From assembly GCA_051362555.1 (NCBI GenBank), contig CM120642.1, positions 30,566,001 to 30,630,000 on the forward strand: a DNA stretch of 64,000 nt, read 5' to 3'. The position numbers and the translations under genes were made by a program. Under the pieces are notes generated by a model. It was given only the letters and a program-made list of their open reading frames with translations, was not told the DNA's origin and ran no database searches. This stretch comes from Lingula anatina (Eukaryota; Animalia; Brachiopoda). Of this stretch, positions 13,138 through 24,780 are shown in pieces; position 1 is the first letter of the stretch, and each line of letters opens with the position of its first letter.

Positions 13138-16100
13138 TTTTTTTTTTGCTGTATGTCAATCCTAAGAATCATTCTTGTAACTTAACAAAATACAGAAAAT
13201 GTTACAAAGTAAGAGTACAGGGCTCCTGGCAGATGGGAGTGATAAGTCACGACTTGAAAATGCCAGTATAGCACTCTATAAACCTGCATTGCCTCCAAAA
13301 CAGAAAACAATCACACTGGTTTTCAAACACAAGCTGCACTTCTGTCTTATGAAACTTTTCAGTAAGTTTCAGTATCGTAAGTAACATGGTTTTCCCTTAA
13401 CCGCTATCCTGGCAGCAGTGTCCAAAATAGGGTTTTCTTCAACTTTCATGCAATAAACCATAATATTTAACAGCATAATGACCAAATTTTTTATAAAAAA
13501 ATAAAAGTATCATGAATATTCAGAAAATGTGATTTGGGAAGGTCTTCAAGGCCATGGAAGTTCAGAGTCACACTTTCAAAATGCCAAAATGTAAACAAGA
13601 GATAACTGTACTGAAATGATTTTCTTTCCATTTTCAACACCTTTTTTAAAACAAAATGATCAATAAACTGTCATTTTTAAATGTTCAACTAGGAAAATTG
13701 TTGACATAGGAAAACTATCAATAGAACAATTTTCAATGTCCAATTTGCTCCATTTGCAGATGCTGAACATAGTGAATGATTAAATCTGACAAACTGCAAT
13801 GATGAGTTCCTTTCCATTTATGATACTTTATTACACAATGCACAATATTATAACAGGTTTACCGTCATTTTTATATAATCAACAATATTGTTAAGAAGCA
13901 GAAAATGTCAAAACAACACTTTTACATATCTTATTAGTTCCATAATGAGACTGTTAACATGCCTAAGAATTAAATCTGAAGAAATAACAATTATATACAA
14001 AAATACAGAAAATGCACAGCATTTCTGGTGGATGGGAGTAAAAAAATCACATCTTGAAGATGCTAGTGTTTGAAAAATAATTTTAAAAAAATGAAAAAAA
14101 AAAACGTAAAAAATTCCAATAAAGCTGCTATTCAAACTTTTAATCTAGCTGTATTAACTTGATATTAATAACCCCACCAAGTTTGAGAAAAATAAAGCAC
14201 TGTTATTCATCTATAGCATGTTGGCATAACACATTCTTTTTGTTGTAAATTTATTTGCAATGTTTAACACCATTTATCTGCACAATTATCACCAAATCCT
14301 AATTTTGTGACACAGTTAAGAGAGCTAAACCTATGGGACTTTACAGGGAAATCTCAAGGAGTGTTTTATGTAATCTCATTTAATGGCCAATTGAAAATTA
14401 ATGAGTAGGCAAGTGACTTTATAGACCTTAATTTAATTAGTGATCACCCAAGGGACAATTTTATAGACTGCCATCCATACAGTACCATCATATAGCACAA
14501 AGGTGTTGCATACATGCTGAAAAAAGTGAAAAACAGCATTACTTCCCTAAAAATGACCCAATCACGCTGATTTTCAAACTTGACCTGCGTATTATGAATA
14601 TTCATCAGTTCTGTAAGTTTGAAACCAAAAGGTAAAATGGTTTTCCAATTATCGTGTTATCGGTGCTGCATATATGCTGAAAAAAGTGAAAAAACAGCAT
14701 AAATTCCCTATAAGTGACCCGATCATGCTGATTTTCGAACTTGACCTGCGTATTACGAATATTCATCAGTTCTGTAAGTTTCAAGCCAAAAGAAAAAACA
14801 GTTTTCCACTTATCGTGTTATCGGTAAAAGTGCACGGCGACAGCGACGGCGACGACAGACGCAGATGACGGCTATATGTACAGACACATCTGTGTCTGTA
14901 CATAAAAAGCTAGCTATTGATCATTGTAAAAAAAAAAAAATTCACCAGGTAAAATTCACTCAGTATTAAAATTTATCTTAAAAACGGGATGAGTTAAATT
15001 TCATAATTGTCAGGGGCCGAAGACCCAGATATATCGCACCTAAGCCGCCTCCGAGAGCCATACGAATATTCATCAGTTCTGTAAGTTTCAAGCCAAAAGA
15101 AAAAACAGTTTTCCACTTATCGTGTTATCGGTAAAAGTGCACGGCGACAGCGACGGCGACGACAGACGCAGATGACGGCTATATGTACAGACACATCTGT
15201 GTCTGTACATAAAAAGCTAGCTATTGATCATTGTAAAAAAAAAAAAATTCACCAGGTAAAATTCACTCAGTATTAAAATTTATCTTAAAAACGGGATGAG
15301 TTAAATTTCATAATTGTCAGGGGCCGAAGACCCAGATATATCGCACCTAAGCCGCCTCCGAGAGCCATACGGTTCATACTAGTAAATTTATTCTCAGATA
15401 TAAGGTTCGTTTTGCATACCTGTAAACTCCTAAGGGTTTATCTTACATAGAAATGTGATTTAACATCGTTTAAATCATAAATCGGCATGAAATAATTGAC
15501 GTTTGAAAACAGACACAACTTCTTTGCTGCACTTGAAATGACCTCCTTAGCTATAAATATGATCCTATCACCTTGCGACATTGCATCATTCGATCGATAT
15601 ACAGGAGTAGTTGTCACTGCTGAAGGGAAAGCACGTCTATTTATAGAAACTGAACTCAGGTGACGCATGTACTGTTGTGTTCAGAGAGCGACTTCCGCTT
15701 GACCTACTTTCCAGTGCTGTTTGTGGAACAGTAGGTAATGAGTTGAGATCTCGATTTTCTTCTCATTATACTTCAATTTAAGAAAATAAAAAGCGCGACT
15801 TGTACTTGTGTAATTTCCCACCGGTACAATAGGTATTTAATAAACATACCGGGTGGAAGATTTTTGAAAAATTAATAAGCGTAGGCTACTGGGTGAAAAT
15901 GGAGCGTACCGGCGGGAAGAAATTTGGAAAATTAATTAACGTACCGGTACGTTTATTTGATACTTCAGAGTAGGAGAGCTTAATTTGATAAAAAAAGACC
16001 TTTAGTTTAAAAATATGAACTTACTGAATATATAGACATCTGAGGTATAACATTAGTTTCAGTTTAGTCTGCCCTTTACAGCACAACCGAGGACGCGGAA

Positions 16101-16387
16101 TTTGGTCCGCCCTTTACAGCACAACCGAGGACGCGTGTGTATAGCCCGATTTCAGACAAAAAGTTGGACAGTATTTCTGATACACTCGTGGCGGGAATTT
16201 GGCCCGCGCTATACAGCATAACCGAGGACTGGCTCAGAATAGCGTCAAATTTCACCACCTAACTTGAAATGGGCCCCTTTATGCATTCCACTGCTTATGT
16301 CAACCGAGGACGTCCTCGGTTGGAGGTGTGTCCTCGGTTAGTGGGTTTCGGGCGGGTGTGTGTCCTCGGTTAGAATGCGTGCACAAG

Positions 16388-16445
<58 letters not shown>

Positions 16446-19400
16446 TTTATTGTGGTTTAAAATTAAAGAATAAAATGTGCATACAATATAATATAAGGCA
16501 GATGTCAGTGATAGTGACTTAATGCTTTTTAACTATGCAAATTATACCTGGTTTTGTCAGTTTTCTCTTCATTCTACCCTTTCCCACTTTTTCTTTATGA
16601 GGGCTGTCTGCCTGTCTTTCCTCTCTATCAGCTTTATCTTCTTCATCCTCAGATTCTGTAACATAATCAAGGCAATTCAATAAGTTCTAAGTAACGTTTC
16701 CAAGATGAAAGTAAATTATTTAGACTATCATAGTACTAAGCTCAAGTTGGTACAAAAAAATTCCATACATGAAATACAGTGCTGTACATAAAATCAAGTC
16801 CAATAAGTTTACTTATTTAATATTAAAGTTTAAAGTCTTAATGCTATAAGTAAAATAAAGTCTATACACCTTACACATCTTATAATTACGTCTATCATAA
16901 TCTTGTTTAATAGGTCACAGCAGGTGTATGAGGACAGGCTTTGAAGAAAGAGGACATACAAGTTACATTCAATTTGTTCTTATTTTTGACAGTTCCTAAC
17001 TGGATGTCTCTCTGTACACAATAGTTACCAGATTTCAGATCAGCTAATACATGTTTGGCCTGTTCAGAGAGTCCCTTTGCCCTGGAGGGTTCCAGACTGT
17101 CCTTGAAGTCTTCATTATCAGAGACATCAGTGTCTGCTTGGTCTGCTTCCGGCACGTCAGCTGTCGCCTGAACAGGATCTGGCTTCTGCGGTACTGGAGT
17201 CACTTCTGACAGAGAGAAAAAATTGTTCAGATCGTTTAGTCTATATTTTGCCATAGGATAGATACACTGACAGAAAAAATGGTAAAAACCCTTTTCCACA
17301 AAATTTTATTTTTCAATGTCTCATACAAAATCCATATAACCTTTACATATATTTGGGAAATAATCTCTAGTAAGGAAGAAAACTCCCACCCTGATAGATA
17401 AACAAAGGTCATATTTCAGCATTATCAGGGAAAATGACCTCTGAAAAACATTTTATTTGTTTACATTTATCTCATAATAAAAAGATCATGGTGCTGACAA
17501 TTTAAAGATAGTCTAACAAATCCGGTTCATGCCTAAAGGTAAACTGTACTCAACAGAAAGACAGCAAAAAAATTAAACTGATGTTTTAGAATTTGCCTTA
17601 AAGATATGTCTACTAGTGATCAAAAAATGTTATTCAAATAATGAAAAATGGAACTTGGCCTTATTACAGACATCAGACCCATTCAAATGTTCTACACTAC
17701 TCACCTGATGAGGGCTCCGTGTCCTTAGTTGGTGGAGACAGTGACATTTTGGGCAGTTTATTAGGTCCTAGTTCCTTCAACACTAACTTCTGTCCCTCTC
17801 TCCAAGATCTAGTTGTAATGATGTCTGAAAAGTTTTTAAATAACATATTTACAAAAAAAAAAAAAAATATGAACCAAATCATTCTTAAATGTATGAATTG
17901 AAATAAATCTGAGTTTTGCCAGAGTATGAAAGAAAAGACATCCTCACCCTTCCTTTCATATTTCGAAGGACGTTTGTGATGAGAAATGACCCTCGCAGGT
18001 TTAGTACTGGACTTCTTGTTGGCTTCTTTTTTAGATTCTTTGGCAACTTTGGATTCTGAAAATATGGTGACAATAAAAGAATCATATTTAAATATAATTA
18101 GTCTTAATGGAGATGTTATATATTTTTTTCATTTCTTATAAATCAGCTCAATGTTAAACCCTAAAAAATGTATCAATCAAAGATCTCTGTTGCAATGCTT
18201 TCTTTTATCTTCATACACAATATATTTTCTATATCATTTATCTAGAGTATTAACTGCTCTTAACCTAAAGATGTCACTAAAACTGGGACAAAAGGCAGTA
18301 ATAATAAAGCAAAGTTCGCATATAAACACTAAACTAATAGCCAGGCAATCTCACATTAACAGGAGAAAAAACTTTCAATTGTAAAAGAAAATAAAATAAA
18401 GAAGTCAAATCAAATGCAAGCTTCCATACCTTTGCTAATTTTTTTCTCCCTCATCTTCCTCCTTGACTGTGAGACACGGACCACTTTACCTTCAGGTGTT
18501 CTTATCTTAGTCTCAGCTTCATTAAAACCTGTTTGAAAGTGTTTTCAGTTTTCAAATCAAACAAAAGGTAAAAATACTTTAAAGGCCACCTTCCCTCATG
18601 CTATTTCAATTTTTGATGCCCATTATTATTACCTGATCCTTATCATGTACCTCAACTGAAAAAAAGGGTGTCTCACCATTAAAATATCTTGCTCAAAGTT
18701 AAAATCTGAATAATACCTTAGAGCCACAGGCATGTAAATCTTGTTACAAACACTGGATAATAAAAATATTCAGTTTTGGTTTTTCATGCCCTACCTCTGT
18801 ACGTAGGTCCAGGCGGCCCTGCGGCCACTTTCCTCACCATAGGCTGCTTCTCTGCAGCATAAATATCATACGTCTTTGGTTGCACAGTTTTTTCATCTGT
18901 GTGGAGTTGCCTCGATCCCAACAAACTGTCTAAACTCTGATCAATACTCGTGTCCTTTGTGAACAATTTACCAGTACCATCAGACCTGGTAGTATATGTG
19001 CTGCCGCCTATAGGCAGTCTAGGATGACCTCTGACCTCTTCAGGTGCTGTCTCCCTGTTAAGACTGGTGTTGGGGGCCAGTGGGCGCGGTGCGTCTGGGG
19101 GTTTCTGTAGACCCTGACCTTGGCTGAATATGTCGCCTACCTTGTCAGATGCTAGGAAAATAAACCACAGAACCTAAGAGCCTTTATTCCGGTATATCAA
19201 TAATTATTTTGTAATTGCTTACCTTGCACAAAGATACACAGCGCACAATTACAGGATAATTGTTTGGTATAAACAAACTTGTGTACAAACCTTTCAGCCT
19301 TTGCTGCATAACTTTCTCCCTCAGCTTGGCCAGGCCCTCAGAGTTTCTACTTGCTGATTTGAGGTTTTTCCTAAGTGACTGCAGTTTGGCGTCCCCACTG

Positions 19401-22400
19401 GTCTCACTTCTGCTGGTATCAGTGTCTTTACTTTGACCCAGCCCAGGGGTGACTCCTTCCCCAGGGGTACGTGTGCTGTAACCCTGTGATGCCCTGTCTA
19501 ACCCTTCATAGGGTCGCGTATATGCTCCAGGTATGTGGTCCAGCCCAAGAGGGTCCCCAACAGCAGCTGTGGTTTGGGTTCTCAGAGGAGGAACACCAGT
19601 GCCATCTACAGCAGTCTGTGTCCTGCCATAGTCAACTCTGGGGTGACTCCCACCAGTCTCAAAAGTCCTCATTGTGTCTGTAGTGTATATACTATTAGTC
19701 GGTCTTGAATATGTTGATCCAGGCACAGTCACGTTAACGTAGGTTTGCCTGGTGCTTCCAGAGTATCTCCTGAAGTCTGACATCTCAGGCTCAACCCTCC
19801 TGCTGTCTGTTATGTGATCATTCAAAAACCTCACTTCTGTTTCTCCCAAGGCCCTAGGGTCAGTAACATTGCCAATACCTTCACTGGACAAACTTGGCCG
19901 ATCAAAACCTGATGACCTTGATGAGTCATATATTCCTGACCTTAAGGGATCACTTGACCCTGACCTTGAAGCTAGGCCATCAAGGCCATGTATTCTGTCA
20001 CTGTAAGAGGTCAATATTGCATCTCTGTTCTCTATGCTTCTGTATTCATTTCTGTTGCTGAAGCCCACTCGTTTAGGGCTCTTTGTTCTGGGCTGTCCCT
20101 CCCTGTTTGCTGCTGCATAGGAGAATGTTCTCGAGTCTATTGGACTCCTGGCTCTGTAAGCATGCTCTGGTTCTTCAGTGTATTTGTCTTCTGTAAATGT
20201 AAAAGTCATTAAATTATGCAAAATTCTATGGCAATTCTAATTTATGAAGTACCTGCCTTAAAACATAAGATTTACAGAATACATACACTTGATGAGTCAA
20301 ATATGCCAGCTTAATCCAAACGTGTTTTTTAATGTTTTTTTTGTATTTTTTTTTTTTTTGCCATATATTTTAACAAATTGGAGAAATTATTTTGAAATTG
20401 TGCCAGCAGTCTATCAAAATCCCCTTGTACACTTCTATCCAAAAACCATCAGGTTCGAACAATTAAAATACTAACAAAACAGAAATGTGTCACTAAACTG
20501 TGTGTAATAATGTGTATAGATCTAAACATGTATTTACCTAAACGACTGACTTTTCGACTGGTACGTTTTCGCATCTCTTCAGTTCTACCAAAATTGTCCA
20601 ATCGAGTCTGAAAGAAGAATAATGCATATGCTAGTATATACTGTGTTGTTGAGTTCTAATATAAGGTTGGAAAAGGGGGGTGGAAAGTACAATTGCGATA
20701 AACCTGCTTTGGAGGTAAAACAGAATTTATTACATTGCTATGAGTTGTTTACAATGTTTTTAATGTGAAAAATAAATCTCATATGAAGAGTTGTTATCCC
20801 TTTCACTTGTCTTTCTAATCATAAAAACAATTGAAAGTTAATAACATACAGTTACAGGTCTTCCTCTGTCTTCAATACGGAAGCTGGGGACTCTGTCAAC
20901 TGTGACACTGCTGTCAGAAATGTTCAGGGACTCTGGCTCCTGGAACTTGTAACGAGCAGCATCATCCAGTCTGTGCTCCACGCGACGCAGCTGGAAATAA
21001 TGCAATCATGTAGGAGAAATGCTGCTGTGCTGAATACACATATAACAACTAAATATTAATGTATTGTAGAGATCTAACAGGGAGAGGAGAGAACACTTAC
21101 TGCAGTTTTAGTCTTTCCCATTTTATCCCACGCCTTCTCAAGATCTGAAAATATAAAACAAGTATATTCTTTTAATAATACAAACATAATTGTTTCAGTG
21201 ATTGGGAAGGAGCGCGCCATTGCGCCATACGCGCATAGAATAGTAACTGGGCGCATAAAAAGCCCTGTTTGTGCGCCATAAGGGCGCGTGATTTTGTTAT
21301 ACCTCGCGTTTTTAAAAGAGTCTACTCGTCAATAAACTATTCATCAACTGATTAGCGTAACTTTCCTCTCATACCTGAAGACGTCTCAGGAACGAATTCG
21401 GAAGCTATCGAACGCAATCGCCGAAGTTTGCCGAGAGCAATGAGCTCATCGTCCCAATAGATAGGCTAATGAAATAAAAGCTGATATCTTATTGGCCAAT
21501 CAGTTTATAGGTCATGTTTATCCAATTAGAAGTGACCTTGCTTTTTGTTCTGAAAGCACATGGGATTTTTTCAAGCAGCAGTTTGATGAAGTGAAAAGAA
21601 AAATGCAGCCGAAAATTATTTTTAAAATCTCGCCAGACCAGCCTACATTAGTTAGTTTATTTACTTCAACCGCTTCGTCTAAGGGTCTGTCCAACGTTCA
21701 GGAAGAAGTCTCAAAGGAGAAGGGGGGAAGAAAATGTACCAACTTCTGAGAGCAGCGCTCCTTGCACCACGATGAGTAGTAGTGACACTGACAATAGTGT
21801 TACTGCTAGTGCTAGCACCTCTCACTCTAAGGTTGCACGAGGTTTCCAACCTCGATGGCTTCAACTATGGCCCTGGCTCCAGTACGACTGCGAACAGTGT
21901 AAGAGTTAAGATTCTTGGGAGTAAGATGAGTTATGAGGATGCACTGAATGTGTGGCACAGGAAAAAGATATTACTTCGTTAAGTAATGACATCTCTTTTC
22001 AATAAGACTGATTAATAAGTACTAGACAGTATGTGAAGACAATTTCATTTACATTTTCTCAGTTTTGAGTAATCAAGGTTTTCAGAGATCTAGATTGTTT
22101 ACCTCTTGTTGATGGTTTCATCAAATAAAAACCAATTACTAATGAGTATTTCATGTTTTCTGATCATTTTGTTTTTTCATTTAGTCTTCAAATAAGTTCA
22201 GTAAAGAAGGCATTGTAATGGTTTTATTGAAAAAGACAAATAAGTCTTAACTAAATAAATATATTAACAAATTTTAACTGCAAAACCTTATCATATTATT
22301 CCCAAAAATATTGATACAGATATTTCAAATATATTTGTCATGTTTAAAAATGGCCCATAAATGTCGAGCCATGGCCCATTGATATGCAAAATGGCCCATT

Positions 22401-23049
22401 TAGGGTGACCTAGGAGGGGCCATTGTCCCATGGGTGGTTTGAACCTTCCCAATCACTGTTGTTTATAAACCATAAATGGAAAAAAAACATGGCAGCAGCT
22501 GAAAACAATTACTTTCACTTTTTATTTGTTATTGTTCTAAGAGATAAAATTATTTACAGCAGTCAGTTTACTGTACAATGCAAAAACCTTCATGGTGAAA
22601 ATTAAAATAAAATCCATCAACTAGGCAAAGCCAAAGGATCTGTTATATGCTATTGAAAAAGATTAACTTTTAAAAAAAATTTTTTCAATTTATATAACTT
22701 TAATGTGATGAACATAACTAGTAGTTTGCTCTGTTTTAAACAAAAATATTATAGAACAAAGCAAATTTGATATGTTTCATAAGAAGAGATAGCATAACCT
22801 GGCTTCCTTCTCAGAGAAGATTCCTTTTTAGACAATAGATTTAATTTAAGACAAATAAAAAACAGCTAAATCAGTAAATCAATATCCTGCAATCAAATAG
22901 AAATATGCTGATCATCTGGTTTTAATCTGCTTTTCTAAAGTAAGGGCCTTACCTCCCAGGGATGTATCATACTGTGTGGGGGATGTGGGTCCTCTGACCA
23001 CAGGGACAGGATCTGTCACACGCCTGCCTTTGAACACTGATGCCATCAT
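4496..23049 (-). CDS. CEP350: Centrosomal protein CEP350-like, 5' portion (gene continues beyond the left edge)
   Basis: GT-AG exons with consistent phases: 22953-23049, 21101-21144, 20856-20990, 20538-20607, 19291-20190, 18795-19151, 18430-18528, 17948-18055, 17705-17824, 17029-17205, 16548-16655, 8990-9199, 8681-8775, 8085-8203, 7582-7700, 7177-7308, 6680-6820, 6325-6495, 5902-6083, 5656-5742, 5011-5200, 4496-4793 (3959 nt, ends in phase 2). Blocks resembling vertebrate CEP350 from memory, in the expected order: DLEKAWDKMGKTKTALRRVEHRL, VRKVAAGPPGPTYRGFNEAETKIRTPEGK, TTRSWREGQKLVLKELGP, KVRHYDTDEVRRFI, RISALKEMSMALQSRLHAETRRL, and the IQ motif AATKIQAAYRGHTVR. No CAP-Gly domain in this window. 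Confidence 0.88.
6581..6676. repeat. Compound (CA)n-(GA)n microsatellite in the 184-bp CEP350 intron 6496-6679
   Basis: Seen directly; starts a few nt after the donor on the sense strand. Confidence 0.95.
10380..12392. repeat. Tandem satellite-like array of ~130-bp units plus larger duplicated blocks
   Basis: Recurrent unit cagcataacatttgaaagaaaagggcctggtcatgctgattttcaatcttgacc...atcagttctgtgagtttcatgaaaacaggc; block ctgacaatcaaatctgaggaaaaccacttatatacaaataaaagctg at ~10481, ~11134 and ~12009. Confidence 0.85.
12398..15970. mobile_element. Tc1/mariner-type (TA-flanked) non-autonomous element nested in the large CEP350 intron
   Basis: ta|ctctgaagtatcgaataaa at 12396 pairs with tttatttgatacttcagag|ta ending at 15972 (1 mismatch); subterminal gtactggatgg/gtaccgg repeats. 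Confidence 0.55.
14754..15367. repeat. Apparently identical 307-bp tandem duplication
   Basis: 14754-15060 equals 15061-15367 by eye, with tacg microhomology at the ends; each copy has the hairpin tatgtacagacaca-tc-tgtgtctgtacata. Confidence 0.9.
21196..22458 (+). mobile_element. Internally deleted hAT-like DNA transposon with 15-bp TIRs and a 6-bp TSD
   Basis: TIRs CAGTGATTGGGAAGG and CCTTCCCAATCACTG; TTGTTT on both flanks; subterminal gcgccat/tggcccat repeats; possible transposase remnants (KRKMQPK...QPTLVSLF; YEDALNVWHRKK). Confidence 0.75.
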
Positions 23050-23386
23050 CTGAATCAAAATAACAGTGATCATTATAAGTACGTGCACTTGTTATTTCTA
23101 CACTGGTTTTTCATGCAATAGATAAATATTGTGGTTATAGGTAGTGTATTTTTACTGAGATTTATAATGTATTTAACAGGTGTTATGTATCAAGAAGTTT
23201 CATTCATTAATACTCATATTGAGAGTTTCTATGTTCTACATTGTGCTAACTCACGATAAACAGAGACCTGTGCAAATGACAATAAGCTAGTAAATAGAAG
23301 TGTAATCACATGAAACTACTTGCTATACATTAAGACATGGGAAAAGGGAATCTTTGGTGGAACTAAAATGATATGGGAAACATAGC

Positions 23387-23450
23387 GGGCTCGGCTGGGG
23401 GTTTGAACCCTGGACGCTTGATCTACCGATTGAGCTACCGAGACTGCCAG
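23387..23450 (-). mobile_element. tRNA-derived SINE head fragment
   Basis: Minus strand ggcagtctcggTAGCTCAATCGGtag...caggGTTCAAAcccc has Pol III A and B boxes but no anticodon arm. Confidence 0.55.
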
Positions 23451-23841
23451 CCACAAAAGGCCACACATGATTGGTGTATCTTTAACAAATTTTCTGTGCT
23501 CCACAAGTAGTGTTTTGCTATAAAGCTGTAATTAAAAACCTGTCTGTAATACTCCCACACGAAGATTAAAATTAAAAAAAAAATACGGGTGTTTAATATT
23601 GAGATAAGTTATACAGAGTAACGTTACTAACACTAATGCAATTTTCACATACTGAAAATAGTAAGTTCCAATTGGTTTTAAGTGAGTTAAAAACTCAAAC
23701 TTTTCCTCACATTTCATTTCAATTATGAGTATTCTCAACATGTTGCAAGTAGTTTACAAAATGTTACGACGAGTGTTTGCAAATGAATTGAATCCATTTG
23801 ATACTTATGCAATAATAAAAAGCTAAAACGCAATAACTTAC

Positions 23842-24780
23842 AAGAATATGGAACGACAGCTACTTAGTCCAACTGCGGCTGTGATGTTTGAATTAAGTTT
23901 TATCATTATTAAAAATTAGACTTGAAACCAAACAAACACAACGGCCTCTCACCGCCATTTTTGTTGATACTGCCGCCACCTTGAATGCAATATATAGGTG
24001 GAGCGGCGAGCTAAGATAACCCCAACTATCAGTAAAAACGTTTGAGTTGGGTTTGCCAGGAATATTGGTGAATGCATCGAAAGCTGTTAAAACACACACC
24101 GTTGAGCAATATTTTAAACGTGGAACAGACTGCTATCAAGACTCTTCTTGGCAATTATACTGTCCAAGAAAAGCCTCTTGTCACAATGCGACGTCCCCGC
24201 AGCTAGTTCCAGAGAATATCAAATCATTCATTGAAAAGTTCAGAAGCGCCGCGCATCCAACAAAAACATAAGTAATTTGTAACACAAAATGCAGTTAGAC
24301 TTTCATTAAAGCATGGTCGGTCTCTCTTCCGCTTTACAGCCTTTTTCCCTTGAGCACCATTAAACATATATCTCATCTACTGCAATGCACTACCTAACAC
24401 CGACCCGACGACATATGGAAGTGGACGTACCTAACCGTTTAGTCATACTGAATGTGTTTTTGAGCTTCAAGGACAATCAGCGCTTGGCCTTTGCGGCAGG
24501 CGTGAAGTCATTCCACCGCACCATCCCTGATGAGTCATGGCATGAAAATCTGGCCGATTTGTGAAGTGGTATACGATATTATTTACTTAGTATCACCCTA
24601 TTTTGTTGGGAATGACAGTTTCACGTGTTTATTTGCGACAGGAGTTGTTTTTTCAAGCGTATATTGCGTTGTGTTGCGCAATTTTAGGCACAGCCGAATG
24701 AGTCATCGAACAACGTTGACGCTACGATTCATTACTAGTAGACCTTAGTAGACCAGGAAGCTAGACCAGGACCGAGCAAC
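23842..24780. promoter_or_regulatory. Probable divergent promoter region between CEP350-like and the Ig-like gene
   Basis: Locally CpG-rich; YY1-type CCGCCATTTT at 23952-23961; candidate minus-strand 5'UTR donor gtaagt at ~23841; plus-strand ATG at 24781. Confidence 0.5.

Larger units (their letters stand above)
9283..16390. mobile_element. Putative non-autonomous DNA transposon (EnSpm/CACTA-like) inserted in a (CA)n tract, carrying nested repeats
   Basis: (CA)n runs on both sides (~9261-9282 and 16391-16441); cttg...caag termini; repeated subterminal motif AACCGAGGAC at 9302-9520 and 16086-16310, and its complement GTCCTCGGTT at 16312-16371; cattctaaccgaggacacacac (~9458) mirrors gtgtgtgtcctcggttagaatg (~16356). 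Confidence 0.55.

Noticed and set aside
23387-23450. tRNA gene
   Set aside because: A and B boxes are present but the anticodon arm is missing; better explained as a SINE relic.
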